Shown: piece by piece, positions 13,661-27,656 of the stretch
Layout: every line of letters starts with the position of its first letter
Numbering within the stretch: the stretch's first letter is position 1
Source: Octopus vulgaris
Taxonomy: Eukaryota
Direction of reading: 5' to 3'
NCBI GenBank assembly: GCA_951406725.2
Contig: OX597818.1
Span: forward strand, 14,136,001 to 14,200,000
Length of the DNA stretch: 64,000 nucleotides
The notes under the pieces: generated by a model
What the model was told of the DNA's origin: nothing
Databases searched by the model: none
What the model saw: the letters and a program-made list of their open reading frames with translations, nothing else
Made by a program: the position numbers and the translations under genes

Positions 13661-15130
13661 TTTATTATTTTAACATTAAAAATGAACGTTCCAAATTTTA
13701 CTTGTACGAAATCTACAAACTGTATTCAGCGTTTATTACGACCGCAGAGGTAATACTTCTACATCTGCATATATTTATTGAGAAGTTTAGTTTAGTCTGA
13801 AGGAAACTACATTGTTTAGTTATTGGTATTTGTGTCATGCCTTTCTCAGAGTTCTGAAGATAGTATCTATTACATTTATAGGACATTCACTGTGGAGAAC
13901 AAATTACGGTTTTCTGAAGCTTTTGATATTGTCAGATCGAATACCTGATCAGAATACTTGGAATATAGTGTGTAATGTTAAAGGCAACCAAGAGACGGAT
14001 TGTGATATTAATATAGATGGTTGGCATGAAAACGTCCAGAATCGAACCAAAAACAGTCAACTGTTTAGAAAGGATTCAATACAATGACACGAAAATGCTT
14101 CAGTTTATTCAATTTTAATTTATAACAATTGTGTTTACTAGAAGCTGGTGATAGAATGTTTGCCCTGTTTGTTGTACAGTAGAGTGAAACAAGGAAAATC
14201 CTGATGGACATTCGAACTTCGTAATCAGATTTACATGCCTGCAGTCACTACTTCGTGTTTACCATTGTTTGAAGTGATAACAGTCGGCATATGTCCGTTT
14301 ATGTCAAGAAAATACAAGAGTGAAAAAATTATGTTTATGTATTGACTTAATATTCTGCTACATGCAAGAGAGGTACTTATGTACAGAATAATTATGGCGA
14401 CAAAATATGTATATTTTTTTTATGTAATTATCTTTCGAAATAAAAATACAGTATGAATGAAATAATAATATTCGAGAAATATGAGTTCTATCAGAATATT
14501 TTGTTTTAATAAAAATTATTGAATTCAAATCCTTCTTTGGCCTTTTTTTTTTGTTTCTCTAATCTTATTTTCTGAAGAATTGCAATATGTAATTTAAAAT
14601 CTTGTTATCAGATGTAATAATGAAAATATATCAAAAGTAATGTGGAATAAATATATCTTTTGCTAGCATTTTGCAGAGAACCATGTACAAGGTTCACAAT
14701 ACAGCTGTTGCATACAGTCGGATTGGTGCTGAATCAAAGAAAGCAAATATCCAGGATATTTTAGAAGCAATCAGTAATGATTTATCGTATATCGTTTCTT
14801 ATTATACTGAACACAGTTTAAATTTATCGTAACGTTTACATCTAGCAATTACTTTCTAGAAATATCCATATTAGCTGAAAGAAGTTTTGAGCAACTCGAA
14901 ACAATCCTGATGCATAATACGGCTGCAATTTATGGTAAAACTGATAATATATTTTTCAATAAATCAACCTTACCCTTTCGTCAATATCTGAAACTATTGA
15001 ATAGTTTCCATAAGTCATCTCATTGAACTGCAGTAATTCACTTGCAGGTTAATCCAAACGACTAGCTTAGTAATCTGATAAGTGCACCACCTGTATGTAT
15101 TCACCGTTATAAGAATGACACAAACGCACA

Positions 15131-15275
15131 CAAGCAGAGGCACCGGCGTTGCTCGGGGAAATTGTTCAAAAATACGTTGTATAGAAATTTCCTATTCAAA
15201 ATTCAATTTATTCCCTGGGAAATGAATTCTGAATTATTATTATTATTATCATTATTATTTTTCTTCTTCTTCTTC

Positions 15276-15352
<77 letters not shown>

Positions 15353-15980
15353 GATGATGATTGATGATGATGATGATGATGACGACGAAGAACGAAAATA
15401 CAAATTAACCATTTTTTATGAATGGAGATAAATTCTAGCACCTGTTGAAGGAAATTACGCAAAAGCTTCTGTGTAAACACTATTCTTTGTTTTCTGGTTT
15501 GGTACATAGACAAATAAATTTGCAAACTACCAACCCTGGAGCAACCAACATAAATTTGACTTTGAGTAAAGCAAGGCTTAATTCAATGCTAGCCAGTAGA
15601 TTTCAAACTCTGACATTGAGCTTTATTAATAGACATTGCGAAGCAAAGTCACACTGTTAATTGTGTTCGTTTGAAATTAAATGGCATGTTTGTTTGATTG
15701 GAATTCTTGCAAAGAAAACCCCTTCCCCAGAGGCGTATCCAGTGATAATGAAAGCTTCTATCATATTAGGTGGTAATGTCTTTACAATCCACGTTGTTGC
15801 ATTGTATAATCAAGGAGGATCTAAATTCCTTAGAGGAATTATTAGGACTCCTACCTTTAGAAAAAGTTAATATGGAGGAATACCAGGTGGTTCATGATAA
15901 TTAAGGAACTCTGTTGTATAATGGACAGCATGATTTTCATCAAGGACTGAATCAACTGACTTTTCATTGTTCAATCAGCT
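15131..15980 (-). pseudogene. 3' end of an autonomous-type Helitron: degenerate PIF1-family helicase C-terminus + terminal hairpin
   Basis: Minus strand reads TEFLN..EPPGIPP..KVGVLIIPLRNLDPP..FKRTQLTV*LCFAMSINKAQCQSLK..PCFTQSQIYVGCSRVGS. Terminus cccgagcaacgccggtg..CTTG (degenerate CTAG). Confidence 0.8.
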
Positions 15981-16089
15981 ATAGTAGTCGAGAAAGGAGG
16001 CGAAGAAGAAGAAGAAGAAGAAAAAGAAGAAGAAGAAAAAGAAGAAGAAGAAGAAGAAGAAGAAGAAGAGAAAGAATAATAAAAATGCG

Positions 16090-16790
16090 GGATTTATATG
16101 GCAGTTGTAGGCTGTTGGTGGAATTGTCTTAAATGGTCAAATGACCTAAAAGTGACCTATCGTGATTGGAATAATAATGATTGGAATTGTTTTGAATAAA
16201 TTCATGGGTAGTGACTGTCTGAATACATTGTTATTAATATTTGTGTACGCATTCTAAAGGGGTTTATATTTTGTGATAAAATATGACTCTTTGCTAATGC
16301 GCTGACTACAGTTTGCATCGCCCCTGAATTTATAGAGGGGAAAATTCTGAATTTGGGTTGTTCGTTAGAGGCGCAAATGTCGACGTGTTCGCTGAATGCT
16401 ATTTTCCCTGTATTTCCGAATTTTGTTCTGGGGTCTATGTAGAGCCATTCTTTGATTTAGACTGTTTTTGGTTTGGCCTATGTATTGCTTCCGACACCCA
16501 GAGTAAGTTAATACATATATTAGGTTCACCGACGCTAATGTGAAGTTGTTTTTCACTGAAAAACGTTGACCTTGTTTGACAGAGAACTCCGATCCCTCAA
16601 TTAGGTTGACGCATATACCATAGTTAGATCTTCCGCATTATTTTACTGACGGCTTCAGTGTTGTTGTCGAGTGTACTTGGGCGTGTGTTAGGAGACTTTT
16701 CATAGATTTCGGTTGTCTTTTGCTCTTTATGATGGCGTTCGTTTGGAGGATTAAATTCATTCTGTGGTCCCTTTCTAATAGGAGAAGGAA
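16090..16790 (-). pseudogene. Penelope-like (Neptune-type) fragment: Zn-finger linker + GIY-YIG endonuclease
   Basis: CGRSNYGICVNLIEG..KNNFTLASVNLIYVLTYSGCRKQYIGQT..LNQRM..HR; homologous to the C-terminus of ORF 33262-34647. Confidence 0.8.
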
Positions 16791-16834
16791 GAGGTGAGAC
16801 AAATCAGCGTTTCAACTCTGTGTGAGTATATGTG

Positions 16835-17221
16835 TGTATGTGTGTGCGTGTACAAGGGAATTATGGGAAAGTTTGTATGTGTGATTATTATGTTCCTTAT
16901 TTCGTATCTTATTTATATATGAAAAACTATAATTAGCCGTCATTATTGATGGTACGTGGTCAGTTAGTATCGAAATAAAAAAAAGAAGACAAAATACGCT
17001 TAGGGAAGATTATCATGGAAGATAGAAAGAAAATATGTCACGATTTTAGTCGTTTAAGTTAACATCTTCATGATGGAATGAAATGAGAAAAATTTCGCAT
17101 ATTTTTCTTCTAAAAATAACATGTTACAGTATTTCGTGTCCTTGTTGCTAGTTGGTAGTGATGCTCTATCAATATATCTAGTAGCAAGCAGATGGTGGTA
17201 GGAGGGACAGCAGCGGCACTA

Positions 17222-17299
<78 letters not shown>

Positions 17300-17496
17300 C
17301 AGTAGTAGTAGTAGTAGTAGTAGTATGCCATTTGTAGTATATATGTCGTGAATATTAATTACGTCTTGACCTATTGGTATCTGATTCTCTGATACAATGA
17401 AGTTCGCTTCGGCAGCGAGAGCCACAAGGTATCTGCCTAGAATTATTAATCAGCGGTTTCCGATATCATGCATACATACATGCATACATACATACA

Positions 17497-17527
<31 letters not shown>

Positions 17528-17922
17528 GTATTTGTTGTATGTGTGTGCGTGTACAAGCGAAGTATGGGAATGTGTGTATGTGTGATTACTATGTTCCTAA
17601 TTTCGTATCTTATTTATATATGAAATACTACAATTAGCCGTCATTATTGCTGGCTCGTGGTCAGTTAGTATCGAAATAAAAAAAAGAAGACAAAATACGC
17701 TTAGGGAAGATTATCATGGAAGATAGAAAGAAAATATGTCACGATTTTAGTCGTTTAAGTTAACATCTTCATGATGGAATGAAATGAGAAAAATTTCGCA
17801 TATTTTTCTTCTAAAAATAACATGTTACAGTATTTCGTGTCCTTGTTGCTAGTTGGTAGTGATGCTCTATCAATATATCTAGTAGCAAGCAGATGGTGGT
17901 AGGAGGGACAGCAGCGGCACTA

Positions 17923-18000
<78 letters not shown>

Positions 18001-18201
18001 CAGTAGTAGTAGTAGTAGTAGTAGTATGCCATTTGTAGTATATATGTCGTGAATATTAATTATGTCTTGACCTATTGGTATCTGATTCTCTGATACAATG
18101 AAGTTCGCTTCGGCAGCGAGAGCCACAAGGTATCTGCCTAGAATTATTAATCAGCGGTTTCCGATATCATGCATACATACATACATACATACATACATAC
18201 A

Positions 18202-18232
<31 letters not shown>

Positions 18233-18250
18233 GTATTTGTTGTATGTGTG
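16835..18250. repeat. Near-identical 701-bp tandem duplication containing (TAG)n and (CATA)n
   Basis: Identical ORFs at 17110 and 17811 are offset by 701 bp; the blocks match apart from a few substitutions, mostly at the unit start. Confidence 0.9.
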
Positions 18251-18576
18251 TGTGTTTGTACGTATTTGTGTGTGTGTATTTGAAACAATGAATAGAAATA
18301 GCTTTTCTGATAATTTTCAACTTAAGTCAAGGTGTTTACAAAAGTGACTCTGGCAGGAGTTTTTCACATAAAAGGGATTTTCTAACTGAGATTTTAGAGT
18401 TTGTTATTCACTGTGTACATAGGGAGGGTTTAATTACAAACATACACACATGCAAAAACTAGCCCACACTCACATATACATATTATGATACATGTAGACA
18501 TATATTGAGAAGTTCACACACACTCATATACACAGGAAAACACATACACACACATATAGAGAGAAAGACAGAGGTA

Positions 18577-18674
<98 letters not shown>

Positions 18675-18892
18675 GTAGGTAGGTAGGTAGGTAGGTAGGT
18701 AGGTAGGTAGATACAAATGAGGGACAAATATCATAAAAATAAACATCAAAAGAGCAAGACAAATTTGTTTCAGTAGTCCAAAAAAAAAAAACGTGCAAAT
18801 AATCTCTTACTTGCTTGTCTCCATTAACGTGAAATACGAAAAGTTCATTGAAGATAATGCAGTATTTCGGCTACTTTATCAAGTGAAAAAAG

Positions 18893-21664
18893 TTAACCCA
18901 TTTGTTTTGAGAACATCTTCTTTCTTATTCTGATTTTACTGAAACTTTTTTATGGGTTAGTTTAAACCCCGATTACATTGTTCTGAAGCCAGAAATGTAA
19001 AATTCAAAATATATTCTTATATAAAACCAGGTGCCATATGGCTCTGCTAGGATAATAATGGTACAAAGCTACAACTGTGGTAATTACTTACTTTTTGTTC
19101 AGTAATCAAATGTATATGTTCCTCTTTTATAGCAGTGAAAATAACAAAAACGGCAATATGATGCATTTGATGGTAATTATTATTTAAAATATGCTCCTTT
19201 ATCATATAATTAATATACTGTGAGTTAGTCAAAACTGTATCAGATTATTTTATGATAAACTGCAAATGTCGCTTCACATTTTTCACATTCAGCTCGAGTT
19301 TGTGATTTACAAAATTGTCCCTGACATTGTGTGTCACTTGTTCCCAGCTATTGGTTGCTCATAGTGTTCAGAACCATCGTATTGCATATCAGAATCTCCG
19401 GGATTTGATTTCCTTTTTTTTTGACCGTACTTTTTGGCTGAACCTGAAATCTTCGCAAGTATGACATGGCAACTGTTCGTCCAGTTGATCTAATGCAGAA
19501 CCCTTTCCACGTGCTAAAATCCAAATATTTTGAATGAAGACATCTACAGTCCAAGTGAAAAGACTCCACCACCATTTTTCCCACGTATACCAATGCGATA
19601 CGCGTTGGTGTTTTGGTCCAACTGATAGGTTCCTTCCATATTCTTATTGTAATTATAAACTGCGTGAGGAATTGGTACCGCTATATGTTTTGACTTCTCC
19701 TTAGATCAGCGCTTGACTTTGTTAACAGGGTTTTTCTCACGAATGGTGGATCCCACTGTCACAACAGCGTTATCCTGCCATCTGGTGATTTTTATATCAT
19801 TAGATTCCATGACTCTGGTGACAGTCTCTGAAAAACTCCGTTCTTTTTTTATCAAAGCAGCGTAGAGAAAAATAGGACATGCAGCATCTAATCTAATTGT
19901 TCTCGATGTACCAGTACCATTACATCCCAAAGCTTTGAGTTGATTTAGAACTGGCACTGCTGTGAACAAGTTACAAAATATACATGATAAGGAAGGTGTT
20001 TTTCTCATCGTTATAGGAATCCAGTAAAGGAAGTACTGTTGATGAACACTTTCCACAGCAGTTACAAAATATACATGATAAGGAAGGTGTTTTTCTCATC
20101 GTTATAGGAATCCAGTAAAGGAAGTACTGTTGATGAACACTTTCCACACTGGGTCTTCCATTGATAGGGATCCGGCATTGATTCATCATGTAAGATACTT
20201 GGTGCTGGAACAATCTGTCCCATAAATTTCCTTTGTAAATGAGATATGAGCGGTCTGAGTTTTTCAAATTTATCACTTATATTGATATCATCTGCTGCAT
20301 TGAAGTCATAAAATACTGATAGCTTCATTGAACGTATCCGATGTATATGACCAAAACACATGGCAACGAGGTAATTGATTATATCCTGAAACTATGAGAA
20401 TTGAAAGAAACACTTTGAATTCATTCAAGGATACATTTTTTATCAGTCCAGTTCCTTTTTAACCAGTATTTTGTCATTTCTGTCATTGAGTGCTCAATTA
20501 CATCATCGTCATAAAATAGCTCAAATAATTCCACTTCACTGAAATTGCTGTATTTGGAATAGTTACACTCAGGAGAAATGGAGGGCACCACTTGTATTTG
20601 GGCCTTTTCCCAAGTGATTTGGCATTTTGTTCGTTTGTTTCCTGCAACTGAAGTTTGTTCAATTTCAGCAGAACTTTCTGCGTCTCTTCGTTTTATTTAT
20701 TTATTTATTTTGTGTGTTTCGTACTTGGTGATTGCAATTCTGCTGGGGCGCGCAGTTGCCTGAGAGATGATAAGTGTGTCTGAATGGTGCCAATTTTAAT
20801 CTTCTTTCCCGAATCCTCACCTGTCAGGTCAGTATCCTACGGGGGTTCAATGAAAATATCATATGGGCCGTCATCTTTCACTTCAAGAATACTCAAAATT
20901 TCATTCAAAGACAGTTCACGTTTCCTGAAAAAAATACCCAGTAGTGAAAAACTAGAACTTTAGCACTCGGAAAGGGCAAACCTCCACCAAGCAGTAGGCC
21001 CTTCCCCACCCGCATAGTTTGGTCTACACCGGATCCCCTCCAAAATGTAACCCTATGTTACTTGTCGTATTCTGAACATTTCCTGAAAATTCCATCAAAA
21101 TCCACACTTAACTGTTTGAGTTATGTTGCTAACAAACAAACAAACAGACAGTCAGCCGGACAAACCAACGCCGGCAAAACATAACATCCTTGGCGGAGGT
21201 AATAACACGAATAGTTAGACAAAACTATGCTTCAACTGTTCAAAGTTCATGCACCAAGAAAAAAGACTAAAAATATAGGAAATAACACGTACTTTGTATT
21301 TCTTGCGGTACTATATGGCACAGTAAAATAATTTAACAAGATAAACGTCACTGCAATAGATATGGATTATTTTCATTTGTTCCTATCTCTACGGAAGTAT
21401 TTATATATTATTCTAATAAAACAAGCTATTTTGGCCATATTCCCGAATGAACAGACAAATAGTAACTCTCTTGAATAGAGAAATCATCTCCGCAGGGGAT
21501 GTTTTTCACATTAGCAAACACACATGCTCACTCTCCCAAGGTCACACATCTGAACTGTTGCATCGTATATTCAGGCAAGAACCATTCCTAACATGTTCAA
21601 GACATGTTCCATGAAAATTACTGTTCCTGTCATTGTTATAATCCGCTAGGATTAAATGGATTGA
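18893..21664 (-). mobile_element. Degenerate piggyBac (PGBD-type) transposon
   Basis: Transposase remnants DKFEKLRPL..HDESM, GTGTSR, WQDNAVVTVGST, YNKNMEGTYQLDQ..YRIGIRGK. Candidate ends are TTAA|CCCATTT (18893) and degenerate AAATGGA|TTGA (21664); the ends are less certain than the ORF. Confidence 0.75.
20951..21205. mobile_element. HINE/DINE-1-like (Helentron-associated) non-autonomous element nested in the piggyBac
   Basis: Subterminal inverted repeats cctccaccaag (20981-20991) and cttggcggagg (21189-21199), an actag end, internal (AAAC)n, A/T-rich insertion site. Confidence 0.65.
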
Positions 21665-21859
21665 TTGCTAAATACACAATCTCGACTTCAATACACCTCG
21701 AAAGTTCCTCATAATATTTCTCCAGCATTTATATATTTATATATTCTCATCATTCTTTTCTCATGTATAATGCTATACACTCTATATGGTTTATACAATA
21801 ACAAACTAAGGAGTTGTTTTATGTATTCTACCAGATTTCTTGAATCCGTATATCGTAGC

Positions 21860-21985
<126 letters not shown>

Positions 21986-22004
21986 TCTTTTATTCTTTTA
22001 CTTG

Positions 22005-25000
22005 TGTAGCGGTAGATAGTTAGTTGGAGGATCTCCCTTGCAAGAATATGATTATAGAGTAGCCTCCCTTTCTAAGTTTCCCGAAGCATTTGTGTCATGA
22101 GACATGATTCTTAATTTTTCAAGAAGCTTTGCGTTTCTCTTGCAAGTTTCTACATTATCTAGCATTCCATTCATAAAAACATCTTGTTTAACCTGCTCTT
22201 CGCTTCTTAGTCGATTAGACTTAGAGCCATTCACGTCATTACTATTTCCGTCTATTTCTCTACGCCACAAGACTGAAAACCACCACTTAGCTGTTATTTC
22301 TCTATTTCCTATCTCTGAACTTTCTTGTTATAGATTACTTCATTCAACTAGATTCTACATTGTGATTATGTATCATCATCGACCAGTAAATAAAATATAT
22401 TTTTATGTAGCAAATATATAGTTTTAAAATATATTCTTCATCTGCATATGAACTATTGTAATGATATACACGCAGCCATATCAACACTTAGTACTGAATA
22501 TATATAACCACAACATAAATTGGTGACCCAGATGTGACATGGTGACCTCCGACGTTACCTTTTTAACAGCAAAACTATTAACATTTGTCAATTTTGTCTT
22601 CCATGTTATAATATCATTATCTGGCATATTGCAAAACAATTTTGCGGTCAGAAAACTATGTAATCAAGCCTGTTACAGCTCATTTTTGATCTTTCAACAT
22701 ATGGATTGTGAGAACGCTTTTGACGTACATTTATCAACTCTCACTACTACTCCTGAGCTTTGATAACGTTGTTTACATCACCTTTTGCTAGAAACAACAG
22801 TCGAATCTTATACTGGTATTTGCTGAGTTAATTTCCCGACCATGTATATTTCTAAGTGATTCAATTTCTTGTAACACGACAGTATGGCTATTTTCCAGTT
22901 TCTTTCGCTGCTTTCGACATCTATGATGAGTTTTCTTACCACCATGATCCACCCTCGTACCAAGTTCGGTTCTTTTGAGCTGCTGTTCGAGTCAAGTTTA
23001 CAATTTTGCCACATATTTATTATTTAATACTGCTGTTGTGAATTTTTGACTCTGTTTCAAAAGTAATTTTCTGTTTCTAACGACCGGAGAATGAGGAAAC
23101 TTGAAACGTTTTCAACTGTACAGCAACTTTTTCATCCCATGTTCTTCGCCACTTTTTTCAGCTCCGTTCGCCAGAAGTTGCAAGAAGTTGGAATTTGTGG
23201 ACCGGAAATCTTCTTTCTCTCATCTTTGACATGCGACTTGAGTCAACGTTTCTCGATGTTTCTGTACCTTATTTCAAACTCGGTGCCCTGTCATGATTGC
23301 TATTCGCTATAGCCATATTTTGGGATAACCATTTACCAATCTTCAGAAAACATAGTATCCATTACGCGACGTTTTTGAACTTGAGGAACGCTCGACCATC
23401 GACATTTTAAATAAACAGCATTTCTTCCTTCACGATACCAACAACGCCACTAAAATTTATTTCATCCTGAAACAATAATTCAACCAGTTTACATATGGAA
23501 GTTTCAAATCCCAGATTTGTTAATATTTCTCATCGCAAGTACAATAATCAGCTCATTTCAACATCCTACTTTGTTGAGTGTATGGCTTACACCGTTTTTA
23601 CCACTACAAGTCCAGCTTCTCGTGATCACCTTCGCGCCAGCTCAACTTTTACCACTGCAAGTTCATTGCTAACTTTCAGCGTTACAGCTTTTGTCATCTT
23701 GTCATTTTCTTTTTATATGAAGTTGCGAGATTTAATTTCTCGACGTACTAAACTTTTTCAGAAGAATTTTCCTGCATGTACTTTGACAATAACTTGCACT
23801 ACTGTTGTCACTTTCTGTATGCGTGCGCTATATACATATCATGTATATACATAACTTACTGTAGTTTCGCATCGTTGGATTCAATTTCTCCGGACTTTCT
23901 AAAACTTGTATGACTTGAAGTAACTTGAACACTTTCACATACACTGGAACTTTTCCGTAGCTTGCGCATAGTTTGGCATTTCTGTTGCTTGCTCTTTCAT
24001 CTATTTGTTCACTTTCCTTTGCGTTTACTTAGCTTTGAATATCACTTAATTTTTAATTTTTCAGGACATCTATTGACGTATAAATATATTTTTACTAATT
24101 TTCTCTATATTTGTATAATTGACTCAACATTCGCACACACGCTTGCATGCCTTCAGCCAGTTATACACATGCACCGTATACCATACTTTTGTGTTACTTT
24201 CTCATGCACACCAACCCTTGTAAAGACACAACTTAACTCTATTAGACCCCTGGATGGTCACGTTATACATAGAAAGTTGCCTCTCTTTTACAACGCGCCA
24301 GCATGTCACTGTCGTTTTTTGCTACTCATGTGCACACACACACTCTGCATCAGTCACTCTCTGACTGGCATTTTCTGCAGTCTGCGCACGCAAAACGACA
24401 CTGCTGTTCGGACTCACGCGAATAAATCCTGCTCTCTATACGTTTCCTTGGATTCTGTTTCCCGAGACGCACAATTTTCTTTACGTCTATATTGCATGTA
24501 CACACACATACCTTACAGAAGTTTGCACCTAAAATATTGCATTTTTTCATTTTATTTTCATCAAGTTTTGACATTTTATGATGTATATATTTTTTGTTGT
24601 TTTCGTTATTGTATACCGTTACCTCTGCCTAGGGCGTGTGTAGCTGTAGCTTGATAGTTGAATAACCTCCCTTGCAAGAAATATTATAGGATAGCCTCCC
24701 TTTCATCTGTGTCATGAGACATGATTCTTAATTATTCAAGAAGCTTAGCGTTTCTCTTGAAAGTTTCTAGAATGTCTAGCATTCCATTAATAAAAATTGC
24801 TTGCTAACTCTGCTCTTCGCTTTTTAGTCGATTAGACTTAAAGTCATTCACGTATATGCTATGTCCGTCTATTTCTCTACGCCACATGACTGAAAACAAC
24901 CACTTAGCTGTTATTTCTATATTTCCTATCTCTGAACATTCTTGCAGAGATTACTATGATAGATTGTACATTTTGATTATGTATCATCATCGACCAGTAA

Positions 25001-25128
25001 ATAAAATATATGTTCATGTAGTAAATATATAGTTCTTGAATTTATTCCTCATCTCTATATGAACTCTTGTAATAATATACACGCAGCCACATCAACGGTG
25101 ACTATACTCACTATATATAACCAATATA
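22005..25128 (+). mobile_element. Degenerate, internally deleted Gypsy-like LTR retrotransposon (CsRn1-like)
   Basis: About 500-bp direct repeats 22005-22515 and 24639-25128 starting TGTAG, the 5' LTR ending CA. PBS TGGTGACCCAGATGTGA (tRNA-Trp-like) at 22521; purine tract agggcg before the 3' LTR; gag-like DRKSS remnant near 23200; 4-bp flanks cttg/tttg. Confidence 0.8.
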
Positions 25129-25394
25129 TTTGCTTCGGTCATTAGACTGTGGCGATGCTGGAGCACCGCCTTTTGTCGGATAAATTGACCCCAGGACTTA
25201 TTCATTGTAGGCCTAATACTCATTGCATCGGTTTCTTTTATCGAACCGCTGATTCACGGTGATGTAAACACACCAACATCGGCTGTGAAACGATGGTGGG
25301 TGTACAGACACAGGCACACAAACACACACACATACATACATACATACACACACACATATATATATATATATCAATATAGATAGATATAGATTGA

Positions 25395-25430
<36 letters not shown>

Positions 25431-25565
25431 CGACGAGCTTCTTTCAATTTTCACAAGGCTTTGGTCGGGCCGAGGCTATAGTAGAAAACATCTACCGAAG
25501 GTGTCACGCAGTGGGACTCAACCCGGAACCATGTGGTAGGGAAGCACGCTTCATACTACACAGCT
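25129..25565 (-). mobile_element. Family B SINE whose tail (21984-22004) was split off by the LTR element
   Basis: gcttcggtcattagactgtggcgatgctggagcaccgcc ... gtgggactcaacccggaaccatgtgg; the missing ctcttttattcttttacttg tail lies immediately left of the 5' LTR. Confidence 0.8.
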
Positions 25566-25671
25566 AAAGTGTATATGTGTGTGTTTGTGCGTGTAACTAT
25601 GAGTATGCGCGCTTGCGTGTGTGTTAGCGCAGATGTATATATAAATATAAGTCTTTATAAATATACACACC

Positions 25672-26278
25672 AAGAGATACTCAAAAGAAGCCGGGATTCC
25701 GCAGCACCAGATTTAGTTACCAGTGATGGCTTTCGAAAAAAGGGTCCGGAGAACTTTCAAATGTTTCTTTCAGTTCACGACACTCATTTAGTCTTGACTG
25801 CATTTGAGCGTCTGTGAGCAAGCGGGGTACACATTTTACTGCAACTTTTTTCATTCGCAATTCAGCACGCAAAATTCGTGGACAGGGGCTCCAGGACACA
25901 TCAATCATATCAACAAGTTCTTCAGTTGTTCCTGTGACGGTACACCAGGTGCAGTTCATGAATTTTCATGATGTTTTCATTCGTCCGGGACGTCGACGCT
26001 CATGCTGAACGAGGTTGGTTTTCAAGCGACAAGTTACCATTCCTAAAGCGTGAAAACCACACGTCGACGCTTGTGCTCATGGAAACAGCCTTGTAAACTG
26101 TTTGACGCATGGCAACTATTTGGGCCACTGTATTCCCCAGCAGAAAACCCAATTTCAGGGAAGCACGCTGTTCATTCGTTTCAGTCATCGCAAAACTCGA
26201 CGAATAGGACAGAAGCTCTGCAAAACAAAGAGCCACGACATGGCAGTATGACATCAGAGGACAATGCCGTTCGGCAGA
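25672..26278 (-). pseudogene. Truncated mariner transposase (N-terminal HTH to WVP-like region)
   Basis: EQRASLKLGFLLG..VWFSRFRNGNLSLENQPRS and KKVAVKCVPRLLT; the catalytic part is deleted. Confidence 0.75.
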
Positions 26279-26284
26279 CTGATG

Positions 26285-26418
26285 CCCGGCAAAAGAGACC
26301 GGTAGAATAAGTACTGGGCTTACAAAGAATAAGTCCCGGGGTTGATTTGCTCGACTAAAGGCGGTGCTCCAGCATGGCCGCAGTCAAATGACTGAAACAA
26401 GTAAAACAGTAAAAGAGT
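26285..26418 (+). mobile_element. 3' fragment of a family B SINE
   Basis: gactaaaggcggtgctccagcatggccgcagtcaaatgactgaaacaagtaaaacagtaaaagag. Confidence 0.85.
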
Positions 26419-26738
26419 ATATATATATATAGGTTACATTTAAAATTTAAGCTTATATAAGCAACTTTATCCTGCCACATAGAGTAGCGAAATGTACATA
26501 TTACTGTAACGTATTACGTAAACTAATGAGGATCTTCAGCATCTGGATTCAAATATTTCGTTACCCACCCATTAGGCACCAGTGCAGATGTAAAGCGAAA
26601 CAATCGTCGTGCTAATTTAACAATCTCATTTCACTCTGTCTTCCTTATCAATCATTTAATATACATACATACATGCATACATACATATATATATATATAT
26701 GAATATATGTGGATGTATAAATATATACATACATATTT

Positions 26739-26779
<41 letters not shown>

Positions 26780-26787
26780 TACACGCA

Positions 26788-26837
<50 letters not shown>

Positions 26838-26838
<1 letters not shown>

Positions 26839-27616
26839 TAGCAGCATAGCTCGGCGTTGCCCGGGTATGTAAGAGCCCCTAGTAGGCAACGACTAATCCC
26901 AATCTAGTCCTTTCCCTCTAGGGAACGAAGGCGCATGTGTAGGTTACAATGTCTTCTCTTCACTCCCAAATAACTATCAAACAGCTATCGATAATTCAAC
27001 CCAACCAATTCCTACCAAGAAGAAATTACATTCGAGACTTTACCCCCAACTGCTAATAGCTGCTGCAGCCGCAAGTTATTCGAATACTTTTTTTGTTTAC
27101 ACTTTCTTTATAACTACCACCCCAAACGTTTTACCTTAAATTTTTGACGTACCCTAAGGGTCCTCGGACGCTACTTGCAAACTCTTTGTTTATTATAAAC
27201 CGCTTTTGTCGTGTGCACCAAAAAACCTTTTCCATTCGTTTGTTCAGTTTGGTCACTTTTGACTTTTTCGTTGTTGTCACTCACATTGCTGCCCACTTTT
27301 TTGCCGCTCTTGTACATTTTTATACATTTTGGGATACGTACCCCACGTATTCCGAGAGTTAAAAAGGTCGAGTTGCGCCCCCTAGACAGTCTGTAGAAAA
27401 TGTGTTGCATATAAAAAGCTTAGATTCTCGACCCATGTCGAATTTATCGATTTTTTTTCAGAACTGGGGCAACTTTTCAAAATTTTCGCTGCGTTAGTTT
27501 TGAATTGTGACATTGGGCTATGTGTGTGTCAAGTTTCATCAGAATCGGTTGAAAGCCGTGGTCAGGGTGAGGGTACAACCTGACAGGCACACAAACACAC
27601 AGACAGACAAACTGCC

Positions 27617-27625
<9 letters not shown>
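26838..27625 (-). mobile_element. Non-autonomous Helitron
   Basis: Minus-strand 3' end cccgggcaacgccgag..CTAG|t; 5' part aaacggcagtttgtctgtctgtgtg..caaccgattctgatgaaacttg; both ends lie in (TA)n. Confidence 0.8.

Positions 27626-27656
<31 letters not shown>

Noticed and set aside
23962-24654. 230-aa ORF inside the LTR element
   Set aside because: No convincing domain, only a weak IIDST protease-like word; probably a chance frame in decayed sequence.
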